Shown piece by piece: positions 15,255 to 29,478 of a stretch of 64,000 nt of DNA. Location of the stretch: assembly GCF_009914755.1 (NCBI RefSeq), contig NC_060938.1. One strand, 5' to 3'. A program made the position numbers and the translations under genes. Below the pieces are notes generated by a model. The model was not told where the DNA came from. It was given only the letters and a program-made list of their open reading frames with translations, and did no database searches. The stretch is from the human T2T-CHM13v2.0 reference genome, Homo sapiens. The first letter of the stretch is position 1. Every line of letters begins with the position of its first letter.

Positions 15255-16054
15255 ATACTACTTTTATAATTTCAGGCACTCTCTCAAGGACAAACTTTTG
15301 GAACTTTAGCTAGATATTAGGTCAAAATCAGATTTTACAAGAGGTTACTGATACAAAAAAAAAAGTCAAATCTTGCATAGAGCTAAAGAAAGATCACTAT
15401 CTATACAAAATGCTTTGTACATAACAGATATTCAACATGCATTTGTGAACTCAATAAATAGCTTTCAGTGCAAAAGGTCCTTTGTATACATTAAACAAAT
15501 ATTTAAAGTGTCTAAATATGTAAGATGCATTTTAGTTATTTTTTTCATCAGTAGTTTACACAAGTTGGGGGGCACCCATCCCAGAAATGGGCAAGAAAAA
15601 ACACTGTAAAAATAGATGAAATATTAGAGATTATGTTCATATTAATATTAATCTTATTTTTATAAAATACATAGTTGTATATAATATATAAATTATTTTA
15701 ATAAAGTAGCACATATATAATTATACACACACATACACACAGCTGCACTGGAATATGTGGCCAAATTTGTTTATGCCACTAGTGTGTGTGTTTAAAAGAC
15801 TATAAACACTATATAAAATGAAAAACTCTTCATTCACAGATCAAATCTATGTTGTCATTTTACATATTATGAAAATTTATTTGCTAGAGTTCTAACATTC
15901 TTCACAAATATGACTGGCTACTCTATTAATGTATATTTCTTTTGCTTGGTTGTATACACAGTAAAAGACACATGTATCCTGAATAATCAGAGTTTTTCAT
16001 AATCTCAGCTTTGAGTTTTAGCTGATGTTTATGGGGAGAAAAAATAACAGTCTT

Positions 16055-16930
16055 TGCCAGAAAACATACAAGTGCCAACAGATATATGAAAAAGTGCTCA
16101 ATATCACTAAGCATCAGGGAAATGCAAATCAAAGCCACAATGAGATAGCATCTTATCCCAGTTAGAATGGCTTTTAAAAAGATAAAAATAACAGATTCTG
16201 GTGAGGATGCAAAGCAAAGGGAACTCTTATAAACTGTTGGTGGGAATGTAAATTAGTATGACCACTACGGAAAACAGTATGAAGATTCCTTCTAAAACTG
16301 AAAGAACTATCATATGATCCAGCAATCCCACTGTTAGGTATCTATCCAAAGGAAAAGAAATTAGTATATCAAAGAAACTTGCCTTATCAAAAGCCTGCAC
16401 TTGCAAGTTTATTGCAGCACTATTCACAACAGCAAAGATACAGAATCAACCTAAGTGTCCATCAATGGGCAAAAAGATAAAGACAATGTGGTCTACATAC
16501 ACAACGGAATACTATTCAGCCATACAGAAAGAATGAAATCTTGTCATTTGCAACAACATGGACATAAACTAGAGGTCATTATGTTAAGTGAAATAACCCA
16601 GGCACAAAAAGACAAATTACGTATGTTCTCACTCATAAGAGTTTTTTAAAAAATTGATCACAGGGAGATAGAAAATAGAATGACAGATAGATCAGATGCT
16701 GGGAAGGGTATGAGGGTAGGATGGGGAGATAAAGAGAGGGTTTGTGGTTGGGTGTAAATTTACATTAAGAAGAAGTTCTAATGTTCCAAAGCAGACCAGG
16801 GTGACTATAGTTAGCAACAATATATTGCACATTTCAAAGTAGCTAGAAGACTTGATCATTACACATTACAAGCATGTATAAAAAATTCACTTGTACTCCA
16901 TAAATATGTAAAATATGTATCAATAAAAAA
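16055..16930 (+). mobile_element. L1MA-type 3' fragment
   Basis: ORF2-terminal motifs (gaaatgcaaatcaaagccacaatgagata; ccagcaatcccact), 3'UTR and caataaaaaa end. Confidence 0.9.
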
Positions 16931-17821
16931 CAAATGAAAACCAATGATGAATAAGGTAAATATATTAATTCTTTATACTTGTAAAGATTTTACCCTGAGA
17001 GATGCAACACACCTATCTTAGGCAAATCTTTTAAATTTCCTAAGCCTTGGTTTTTACATAAATAAAATGGAGATAATAATGCCTTTCCCAGAGATAGATA
17101 AAATGGTGGGGTGACGGGGAAGTACACAAAAGCCCAGATGGTAGAAAGTCTTACTGTTAAGGTCCAGGAATAATATGTAAAAAAATGCTTATAAAATGAT
17201 GTTAATAAAAAAGAAGTAAATTAAATTGTGCCTATGATGCAACTAACAAGTGATTCAATATCATAATATTTGCATGTGGACAAAGACTAGGAATGCATAT
17301 AAACACATGAAAACAGGTAATTTATTAGAGGCAAAACTGTGCATAGCTGTTTTCCTTTTCTCATTTCTGTTATTGTTGGCATAATATTGTTTGTGCTATG
17401 CATTTTAAATGACAATTTTGACAGCCTTGACAAAAGAATTATAAGAATTGTTATTTCCAATAAATGACATGTTAAAGATAAGCAATTTATCTATTCACTA
17501 AAGGCAAACAACAATTTAGGTTTATTTTATTTATGCACTGCTGATGTCCATTTAAACAACATTGTAAGTTTATGGTATCATAAGGAGATGTATTAAAAAG
17601 GCTTGTTGGTTTGTTCTGGTTTTTTTTCTTTGCTTATCTGTAAAAATAATAACTAGTTATTGCTACAACCAGCTTGTTTTACTTAATATATAATTCCACA
17701 TTTCCCCAGTAACACTTACTCTCATTTTCTACAACTATTTCAAGTCTTCTCCAAGCTCCTCAAACTGCCAAATCCATTCCCTCCCACCTCTCTTTGACAG
17801 CAACAGAATTCGTCAGACTAT

Positions 17822-18118
17822 CAGCACTTTTGTATGAGTGCTGGTGCCCTGAGCCCCAATTCCAAAAGGGCAAGGTGAAGAGAACCAAGAGATACATACC
17901 ATGACTTGTTACAGGAGAAGAACCCTATCTCAGAAAACTCAAATCTTTTATAATGGGCAGTGAGTATGCCTCCCATTTGCTTCAGAGGGAGAAACATACT
18001 ATATCTTCCAAGGCTATTCACTATTCAAACATTCTCAAAATGATAGTCTGGAACAAAAACAGTCAGTGTCCCTGCTTGTAAAACATGCAGCAATGCGAGA
18101 CCCATGGAGAATTATCTC
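17822..18118 (-). mobile_element. ERVL LTR fragment (LTR40-like)
   Basis: Reverse complement begins gagataattctccatgggtctc..., matching the remembered LTR40 5' end. Confidence 0.6.
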
Positions 18119-18737
18119 ACTATATGTGGTTCCATTTATATGTCATTTTTGGAAAGGCAAAACCATGGGGATAAAGAACAGGTCATTGCCAACCAGGGAT
18201 CAAGAGTTTGCCTACAAATGGAGGAGTATAAAGGAATTTTGGAGGATGATGAAAATTTTCTGTATCCTGATTTGGGTGTATCCTGATTTTGGTGGTAGAT
18301 ACACAAATCTATGCAAGTGTTAAAATCCACATAGCTTTACACTCCAAAACAAGTAAATTTTACTGGAAATTTACTTTTAATTTAAAAATTGCATGTGCAA
18401 CCAAAGGAAAAAATAGACAAACAGAACTTCATCAAAATTTAAATTTCTGTTGATCAAAGGCCATTATCATGACAGTGAGACAATGCCTAAAATGGGCTTG
18501 CAAAAAAAAAAGCCAATTTCATATATAAGGCCAAACTCTAGTATCTATTTTATAAAAACTCCAACTCTACAGCAAAAACAAACAAACAAAAAAAAACAAA
18601 AAAAAGCACCCAATCAAAAACCAGGCAAAGGACTTGAATAAATATTTCTCCATAGAAAATACACAAATAGACAACACATGAAAAGATGTCTGCAATCATT
18701 AGTCATTAGGGAAATGGAAATTAAAACCACAAGGAGA

Positions 18738-19141
<404 letters not shown>

Positions 19142-19183
19142 CTATGGGAAAAAGTTTGGCAGTTTCTCAAAGAGTTAAACATT

Positions 19184-20229
19184 ATGTTGCCCAATTTTAA
19201 ATGGGGTTGCTTTGTTTTTCTCATACATTTAAGTTCCTTACAGATGCTGGATATTACACCTTTGTCAGATGCATACTTTGCAAATATTCTCTCATTCTGT
19301 AGGTTGTCTGTTTACTCTGTTAATAGTTTATTTTGCTGTGCAGAAGCTCTTAAGTTTAATTAGATCCCACCTATCAATGTTTGCTTTTGTTGTGATTGCT
19401 GCTGGCATGTTTGTCATGAAATTTTTGCCAGTTTCTATGTCCAGAATGGCATTGCCAAGGTTGTCTTCCAGGGTTTTTATAGTTTTGTTTTACATTTAAG
19501 TCTTTAATCCATGATGAGTTGATTTTTGTATATAGTATAAGAAAGAGGTCCAGTTTCACTCTTCTGCATATGGCTAACCAGTTATCCCAGCACCATTTAT
19601 TGGATGGCACTTCCTTAAAGAGCTAAAAACAGAACTACCATTCAACCCAGCAATCCCATTACTGGGTATATACCCAAAGGAATATAAATCATTCTATCAT
19701 AAAGACACATGCAAGTGAATGTTCACTGCAGCACTATACACAATAGCAATGACAGGGAATCAACCTAAATGTTCATAAATGGCCGATTGGATGAGGAACA
19801 TGAGGTACATATACACCATGGAATATTATTGCAGCCATAAGAAGAATGAGATCCTGTCTTCTGTGGGAACATGGATGTAGCTGGAGGCCATTATCCTTGG
19901 CAAACTAACCTAGGAACAAAAACCAAATACTTCATGTTCTCACTTATAAGTGGGAGCTAAATGATGAGAACACATGGACACAAACAGATGAACAACAGAC
20001 ACTGGAGCCTACTTAAGGGTGGAGGGTGGACAGAGGGAGAGGATCAGAAAAAATAACTATTGAGCACTTGGCTTAGTACTTGGGTGATGAAATAATCTGT
20101 ACCACAAACCCCTGTGACACAAGTTTGCCTATATAACCAAGCTGCACATGTACCCTGAATCTAAAATAAAAGTTTTTTTTTTAAAGAAAAATCTGGAGTT
20201 CTAATGACAAAAAAAAAAAAAAAAAAAAA
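19184..20229 (+). mobile_element. 5'-inverted primate L1 (older L1PA/L1PB)
   Basis: Antisense ORF2 at 19184-19603 joined to sense ORF2 end and 3'UTR at 19604-20175; A21 tail at 20209-20229. Confidence 0.9.
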
Positions 20230-21074
20230 CCTACACACGGAATTACCACATGGCCCAGCAATTCCACTCTTAGGTATATACTGAAAAGAAGTGAAAACAC
20301 GGATTCAAACAAATACTTGTACAACAATGTTCACAGCAGTACTATTCCCCACAGCCAAAAGGGAGAAACAACCAAAATGTTCACAGATGAACATATAAAC
20401 CAACTGCAGTATATACAGAGAAGGGAGTATTATTCAACCATAAAAAGGAATGAAGTTCTGATACATGCTACAACATGGATGAGCCTTGAAAACATTACAC
20501 TAGGTGAAATAAACTAGACACAAAAGAATGAACATTGTATGATTCCACTTATATGAAATATTTAAGATAGCCAAATTCATGGAGACAGAAAGAAGGTTAG
20601 AGGTTGCCAGGGGCTGAAGGGAGGACAGGAATGGGGAATTATTGCTTAATAGGTACACAATTTCTGATTGGGGTGATGAAAAAGTTCTGGAATTAGATAA
20701 TCATGATGGTGAGAATATATTTAATATTACTAAATTGTACACTTAAAATGATTAAAATGGTAAATTTATACTATGTATCTCTCATTACAATAGAAAATTT
20801 TAATAAAATACATGAAAATTTAAAACCACCTAAAACCCAGATTCCTCCACAGTATAATTCTTGCTACTATACTCTCCTCCTTATAGTAAAAGTTATTGAA
20901 ATGGTTGTCTTCACTCACAATCTTCACGTCTGCTCTAGCTCAGCACCCACCTTCAGCCTGCCTGGCCTCCTAGCTCTCTTCACCTGCTCTCCACCAAGGA
21001 CATCACCCAGCACCTTGCACCAAATCCTTCTCTATTATGCTCACTGACTTCTGCCTCATTCCTAAAACACCCTG

Positions 21075-23343
21075 TGATATGGTTTGACTATGTCCCCACC
21101 CAAATCTCAACTTGAATTGTATTTCCCAGAATTCCCACATGTGGGAGGGACCGCGGTGGGGCGCGGGTAATTTAATCCTGGGGGCCGGTCTCTCCCGTGC
21201 TATTCTTGTGATAGTGAATACGTCTCACGAAATCTGGTGGGTTTATCAGGGGCTTCCACGTTTGCTTCTTCCTCGTTTTCTCTTGCTGCCACCACGTAAG
21301 AAGTACCTTTCGCCTCCCGCCATGATTCTGAGGCTTCCCTAGACATGTGGAACTGTAAGTCCAATTAAACCTCTTTTTCTTCCCAGTCTCCTGTATGTCT
21401 TTATCAGCAGCATGAAAACAGAATAATACACTAAATTTGTACTGGGAGTGGGGTGTTGCTGAAAAGATACCCAAATATGTGGATGCAACTTTGGAACTGG
21501 GTAAGAGACATAGGTTGGAACAGTTTGGAGGGCTCAGAAGAAGACAGGAAAATGTGGGCAAGTTTGGAACCTCCTAGAGACTTTGACAAAAACACTGATA
21601 GTGATAGGAACAATAAGGTCCAGGCTGAGGTGGTCTCAGATGGAGATGAGGAACTTGTTGGGAACTGGAGCAAAGGTGACTCTTGTTATGTTTCAGCAAA
21701 GACACTGGCAGCATTTCGCCCCTGCCCTAGAGATCTGTGGAACTTTGAACTTGAGAGAGATGATTTAGGGTATCTAGTGGAAGAAGTTTCTAAACAGCAA
21801 AGCATTCAAAATGTGACTTAAACGTGCTGTTAAACACATTCCATTTTAAAAGGGAAGCAGAGCATAAAGGTTCACAAAATTTTCAGCCTGATGATGCAGT
21901 AGAAAAGAAAAACCCATTTTCTGAGAAGAAATTCAAAATGGCTGCAGAAATTTGCATAAGTAGCAAGGAGCCTAATGTTAATCCCCAAGACCATGGGGAA
22001 AATGTCTCCAGGCCATGTCAGAGACCTTCATGGCAGCCCCTCCCATCACTGGCCCAGGGGCCCAGGAGGAAACAGTAGTTTCGAGGGCCAGGCCCAGGGT
22101 CCCCTTGCTGAGTGCAGCCTGGGAACTTGGTGCCTTGTGTCCCAGCCACTCCAGTGGCTGACAGTGGCCAATATAAAGCTCAGGCTGTGGCTTCAGAGGG
22201 TGGAAACCTCAAGCCTTGGCAGCTTCTACATGGTGTTGAGCCTGCTGGTACACAGAAGTCAAGAACTGAGCTTTGGGAACCTCCGCCTAGATTTCAGAAG
22301 ATGTATAGAAATGCCTGGATTCCCAGGCAAAAGTTTGCTGCATGAGCAAACTTGGAGGGCCCTCATGGAGAACCTCTGCTAGGGCAGTGCAGAAAGGAAA
22401 TGTGGGGTTGAAGCCCCCACACAGAGTCCCTACTGGGGGACCACCGAGTAGAGCTGTGAGAAGACAGCCACAGTCTTCCAGACCCCAGAATGGTAGATCC
22501 ACCAACAGCTTGCACCATGCACCAAGAAAAGCCTCTGACACTCAATGCTAGCCCATGAAAGCAACCAGGAGAGAGGCTGTACCCTGCAAAGCCACAGGGG
22601 CGGAGCTACACAAGACCATGGGAACCCACCTCTTCCATCAGTGTGACCTGGATGTGAGACCTGGAGTCAAAGGAGATCATTTTGGAGCTTTAAAATTTGA
22701 CTGCCCTGCTGGATTTCGGACTTGCATGGGCCCTTGCATGGCCAATTTCTCCATTTGGAATGGCTGTATTTACCCAATACCTGTACTCCCATTATATCTA
22801 GGAAGTAACTAGATTGCTTTTGATTTTACAGGCTCATAGGTGAAAGGAACTTGCCTTGTCTCACATGAGACTCTGGACTGTAGGCTTTTGGGTTAACACT
22901 GGAATGAGTTAAGACTTTAGGAGACTGTTGTGAAGGCATGATTGGTTTTGAAATGTGAGGACATGAGATTTGGAGGGGCCAGGGGTGGAATGATATGATT
23001 TGGCTGTTTCCCCACCAAAATCTCAACTTGAATTGTATCTCCCAGAATTCCCATGTGTTGTGGAAGGGACCCAGGGAGAGGTAATTGAATCCTGGGGACC
23101 GGTCTTTTCCGTGCTATTCTCATGATAGTGAATAAGTCTCACAAGATCTGATGGGTTTATCAGGGGCTTCCACTTTTGCTCCTCCCTCATTTTTTCTTGC
23201 TGCCGCCATGTAAGAAGAGCCTTTCACCTCCCACCATGATTCTGAGGCCTCCCAGCCTTGTGGAACTGTAAATACAATTAAACCTCTTTTTCTTCCCAGT
23301 CTCGGGTATGTCTCTATCAGCAGCGTGAAAATGGACTAACACA
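21075..23343 (+). mobile_element. Full-length THE1A (5'LTR 21075-21430, internal 21431-22990, 3'LTR 22991-23343)
   Basis: Two LTRs with THE1A-type aaatctcaacttgaattgta; degenerate internal ORF (WNSLEGSEEDRKMW); degenerate 5-bp TSD ccctg/ccaca. Confidence 0.95.
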
Positions 23344-24354
23344 CCACATTTCCTTAGTTTCCTGAAATGACACTCACAGTTTTCCTCCTCCATCTCTGAC
23401 CCACTCCTTCTCCATTTTGCTTTTTATTTTTTTTGTTTTGTTTTGCTTCTGGTTTGTTTTGTTGGTGGTTTGGTTTGGTTAAGTTTGGTTGTGGGCCATT
23501 CAGTAGTAATTCTTTAATTTTTTCATCAGGTTCCAGTTTGGGGACCTCTCTTGATCCCATCCCATGGACTTTCACTTGGCTTATTCTTCCTCTCTCCCAA
23601 AACTTCAATAAATATGGATGTGTTTCCCAAAACTTCTCCTTTTTTTGTCCTTATCTAATTGAACTGCTCAATTACTCACCCAAGTCATAATATCATCCTT
23701 TACCTTTCCCTCCCCACCCAAAGAAGTTATTACTTCTTCCATAAAGTGTTCCTCATACCAGAAATCCTAAACTCCCAAAACTTTCTATCTCTTCTCATGG
23801 AGCACGTCTTACTTATCCCTTCCATAGTTTTATAGTTTTTTAGCATAATTTTCTATTTCTGTGTTATTCTCCCATTTCCAAATGCAATTGATTTCAGACT
23901 CCTTAAGGACAAGATTTAACTTATACATCAATATATATCAGAACTCAGCTCAATCCCTGACACAACAGTAAGCAGTCAATAAATATATGAATAACTTTCT
24001 TGATTACAAATTGATAACCATAAAAACAAAGCATTTCTGCTAAATACATATTTGAATATTGTGATTTCAGTATATTAGTTAGCTTTCAATTAATCTACAA
24101 ATAATAATTTATCATGTCCATGTTTTCCACCAAAAATAAATAAAATAGGGCAATTTAGGACAAATAGTGACTCACCACTGAAACTTAACCAATGTTGTCT
24201 AATATATTTCCAGTGAATTCGTTATCATGTATTATACGATGATTATGTTAAAGGCCCAAAGACTAGTCCTAGGTATTATTCTTTAGAAACAATTATGGCT
24301 AAAAATAAATAAGCTCCAGTCCAAATTACTCTAAAAATTGTGTTTTTCTCCAGT

Positions 24355-24814
24355 TTATTTATCTTTTATTAGTTGTGGTGAGATAATATGACATAAAATT
24401 TACCATCTTAACCATTTTAAAGTGTACAGTTCAGTAATGTTAAGTGTATTCACAGTGCTGTGCAAAACATTTCTATCTTGCAAAACCGAAGTTCTATATC
24501 CACTAAACAACTCCGCATTTTCCCTCTCCCCAGCCCCTGCCAACTGCCATTCTACTTTCTGTTTCTCTATATTTGACTACACTAGACACCTCATACAAGT
24601 TAAATCAGAGAGTATTTGTTTTTTTGTGACTGGTTTCTTTAAACTTAGCATAACATCCTCAAGATTCATCAATAGTCTATCATGTATCATGTATTACTTC
24701 TTTTTTAAGGTTGAACAATATTCCACTGTGTGTGTGTGTGTGCACGTGTATACCACGTTTTGTTTAGCCATTCGTCCATCAATGGAACTTGGGTTGCTTC
24801 GACCCTTTGGCTAC
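24355..24814 (-). mobile_element. L1MB-type 3'UTR fragment
   Basis: taaaatttaccatcttaaccattttaaagtgtacagttcagt... is a reverse L1MB end. Confidence 0.85.
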
Positions 24815-25191
24815 TGTATTACGTTGTTCTAGCATTGCTATAAAGACCTGAGGTTGGGTAATTTATAAAGAAAAGAAGTTCTGCAGGCTATACAAGCATG
24901 GTGCTGGCATCTGCCTGGCTTCTGGGGAGGCCTCAGGGACCTTTTACTCATGGTGGAAGGTGAGGCAGGAGCAGGCATGCCACATGGTGAAAGCAGGAGC
25001 AAGAGAGAGTGGGGAAGGGTGCCATCCACTTAAAAAACCAGATCCCATGAGTATTCATTATTGCAAGAACAGCATCAAACCATGAGGCTCCACCCCCGTG
25101 GCCCAAACACCTCCCACCAGGCCCCACCTCCGCATTAAGGATTACATTTCAATATAAGGTTTGGGTGGGGACAAATATCCAAACTATATCA
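24815..25191 (-). mobile_element. MSTA/B solo LTR
   Basis: tgtatta...caaactatatca termini; TSD gctac/gctgc. Confidence 0.9.
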
Positions 25192-26707
25192 GCTGCTATG
25201 AACAGTGTCTCCAGTTTCTTTCAATACAGAAAAATTTTTAAATGATATCACAACCCTTATAAAGAACTAAAAGTTTACAGAAAAGAGAAGTATTTTACCA
25301 TGTGTATATTTATTGCATTTTTCTCTATATATTATTTTTAGATGAAATTTTATCTTTGTGACTAACACTTTCACTAACAGACATATGTTTAACACAATCC
25401 AAACATCAAGTCTGTTCTAAAAATGCATATTCATTCACTTTAATGACAAAGTGGCTCTTTTTAGCTACATTTAGAAGGAACTTACTTTGGGAAAAGACTT
25501 GTTTACTGATTTCTGAGTTATACTTGATGGACATATCACCAAATACTTTATCTCATGTTTGAATTTGTAAATGACCATTAGTCTTTAGGAGATGTACCTG
25601 AGATTTGCCACCTAAACTCATAGTCCAGAGACCCCCAAGATTGGAAACAAAGACAAGTAAAAATGAGTAAAACGAGAACACAAGTCACAATTATGAAAAC
25701 TTCTGCAATCTGTCTTTACTTGCTGCTCTCAGATGCATCACTGTCAGCATCTGACCCTGTTAGGTGGCTGATAAGAGGATTTTGAAGGCCAGCAGATTTT
25801 ATTTTTAACCTCCCCATATGGTTGACCTTCTAATTTCAATGAGAGCATCATCTGCAGAGATGATCATCAAATGGCAACTCCTACCCTAAAATGTTTTGTG
25901 TAATTTGGTCAACTCAAAAGTGATGCTCAGTTAAAGAACAATATGTGCAGTGTGATCTCCTTTTTACTTAAAAGTTTGTACATAAATACATTTTCAAAGG
26001 TCTGCAAGGCTACAGATGAAAATATCAAGAGTCATTTCCTGTTATTGGGGTTAAAAGCATTTTTTTAAAACAATGAATGCAATTTGTATACAATTTTTAC
26101 TGGCAAGGTTTTCAATCAGTTAAATTTTTAATGTAAAATATATATAACAATACCTCAAATTGAAAATTGGGCTAAAACATGAAAAGAAAAGTTAGTTGCA
26201 CTTTACCAAACATACAAATGTATACTAATGTATTAATATTTCATGTCTAATATTAGCAATAACAATAATCACTCACTAATACATTATTACATTTCTCAAT
26301 ATTAAAAGGGATATAAATTATTTTTTCTGCAATTTATGATCCATAATTTTATACCCTCATGAACCTTGAAGATAAAAATAACAAAGATGATTTTCCATGT
26401 GTAAGAACTTTACATATAAAAATGATATAAAACTATTCAGTCATTCAACAAACATCTAACAGATGCCTATTTGCCCCAAAGACAAATATATCTAAAAAGA
26501 AAGGAGATGAGAAAGCCAATGTCAACATATCATGGACTTCGATCAGGTGACAAAGACAGATGCTAGGATATTATTATGGCATACAAGTAGTTCACTGAGC
26601 GTGGAGAAGGAGGCTGAGGATGCAGAGTGGAGCAAGCAGCGAATTCTTCCCTGAGAAGTCAAGAAAGGCATCCCAGAAAGAAGCAAATTAAATCTTAAGA
26701 ATTAGTA

Positions 26708-27024
<317 letters not shown>

Positions 27025-27550
27025 TCACCAGGGGTTGAGCTCAGGGATTGCGTGGGGGACCTGACAATTCTCTAGGCAAAGGGAATGACCTGGATAAAGA
27101 TACAGAGGCAAGCAAACATTGCTAAAAATAGTATCCTTTGTAAGCTCTATTCCTTGGTCCTGAGAAAATAAAATGTATAGCTTTATTTATTTCTGTGAGA
27201 TGAGTTACCAATGGGTACTGCTATTCAAAAAAGCAAAACAGTGCAATTCTTTTGACATTTACGGTGTCCTACTTATCCAGAAAATACCTATGTTTTTAAC
27301 TAAGCTGGCTCTTCATTCATGTTCCTTTATAAACTCCCATTTACTCTGTACTTAAAAGTACATGTCATATACCACTTATAAGACCAAATGGCAATTTTAG
27401 ATATTTATCAAAGACAGCTTATTTAAAAAAAAACTAAAACAAAAAATGCTTCATCTCCTGGCAAAATCTGAATAAGAACAGCATTTGCCAGGGTTAAGGG
27501 GAATTTCCCATTCTCTAAGGAGAAGACTTTAAATCAAAATACATGTTTTT

Positions 27551-27856
27551 CAGGGGGCATGGTGGCGCACACCTTTAATCCCCAGCATTTCGGAAAGCTG
27601 AGGTGGGCGGATCACTTCAGGTCAGGAGTTTGAGACTAGCCTGGCCAACATGGTGAAACCCCATCTTTACTAAAAAAAAAAAAAAAAAAAAAAAAAATAG
27701 CCAGGCGTGGTGGCACGCACCTACTCAGGAAGCTGAGGCAGGAGAATTGCTTGAACCTAGGAGGTGGAGGTTGCAGGGAGCTAAGATCGTACCACCATGC
27801 TCCAGCCTGGGTGACAGCAAGACTCGGTCTCAAATAAAATAAAAAATAAAAAAATA
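27551..27856 (+). mobile_element. AluS with expanded middle poly-A and a right-arm deletion
   Basis: Linker converted to a long pure A run; gcacgcac|ctactcagg lacks about 12 nt. Confidence 0.9.
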
Positions 27857-29478
27857 AACACTTTTTTCTGTAACAATGGTTGCAATATATTTATAGAATA
27901 CCTGAGCTATAAGAAAATACTCTCCGGTATCCACACAAAGCCCCTTCACGTAGCAGTGATACGTGTCCAGGAGGAACTTTAGAACAGGCATTAAATGACG
28001 GAAGGAGGAAAGAGACTTGCCCTCCACTCAGACACATTCTTGCACAAGGAAAAGCTTACAGTAAGTACTAGCTGCTGGCAAACACTGTTACTCATTAATA
28101 CTGTAGAAATCAACAAAATTTCAGAGTTTACCTGGTATGTTCAACAGCTCAAACTGCTTCTGTGCCCAGGCATTTTTAATTCTTAGCAGTGGCTGCCAAA
28201 ATGGGAAAGATGTGAAACTGGAACATAAAGGATTTCTATTCTTTCCAAACGTAGATACATCCAGATCCAGGTAGAACATGAGAAAATCTCAGATGAAAGG
28301 AGCCAATTCCCACTCTCTCATCCTCTCTCCCCCAGCCAAAGGAAACAAAACCATAGTTCTACTAAACTGGTGGCAATGCCTTTTATGACATAATCTGGAT
28401 GAAGAACTTAGTGTATTCAAATGAACAAGTTACTTTCAACAATCATATTTTGGAGAGAGACCTCCTAGAAGTGTACTCAGCCATGCAATGAAAAAACTTA
28501 TTCTATCACCATCTGCTGATATCCTTTCAGCCAATTCTCTTAATAAAACATACAAGCAAAGAAATGCAAGGTAGACGGCAGGATGTCACCACACCCACTA
28601 TAAACATATACTGAATAAGATAATCTTCAATAGATTCCATAGTTATTTTGGAACTGACCAAAAGGTAGACTGAACAATTATTTTGTTAATTCTATTTTGT
28701 CATTTATATTTAACTTATCACAGCATTATCATCCAGCTTGGTATGTGAGCCTAACGAGAAAACATGAATTGTAATTGTTCTTCGTCCTTTGATGGTAGGT
28801 GCTGTCATTTCAACACACAATGATTGACATTTGACATCAAGTAGTCCTCTGGAAAGGAACTTGTGCACATCTCAATGGCACATCTGGTAGCTGCAAATGG
28901 TGTGGATTAGCATAATTTTTCCAGCAATGATGCACCAAAAGTATAATGCAAAATAAGACTTATGCCTGCTGTCAATTGTTTGTTCTTGCAAATGTTAATA
29001 TAAAACTTTCTAGTGGTGGCTATAATGCTTACTATCAGCTCAAATTTCAGGAAAAAACCCAGAGAGCAACCTTGACTGCCCTAAAGATGATAATGAATTA
29101 ACTATATGGCACATCCCTGCCGCTACTGCTCTCTTTTCCTCTGGCACAAAGATGGTCAAGTCTAGAGGTGTGACAGGTACACAAGAGGGAGTCAACACAA
29201 AGCATGCCCTCTATATTGCATGAAGATTTTATCTGTATTATATGTGTGTGTATTCAGTGTGTCCATATTACTGATGCAATTAGACCAATATTACTTTCAA
29301 ATAAGCATTAAACAATTACCTGTAATGTGACAAGCAAGAATACTATGGAAAAACTGAGCACTAATCTATAGAAGAAACAGCACTGGGCTGTATGACAGAT
29401 ACAACGATACATAAAGTTTAGGTCCTTCCCTAAAATAATTTTAAATCCAGAAGAATAAGATTTCAAGTTATGAGTATA

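Noticed and set aside
21453-22812. Cluster of 60-135 aa ORFs
   Set aside because: Frameshifted pieces of the THE1 internal ORF, not a host gene
25729-25772. tcagatgc-N10-gcatctga palindrome and a short LF-SINE-like match
   Set aside because: About 25 bp of similarity from memory with non-matching flanks; compatible with chance
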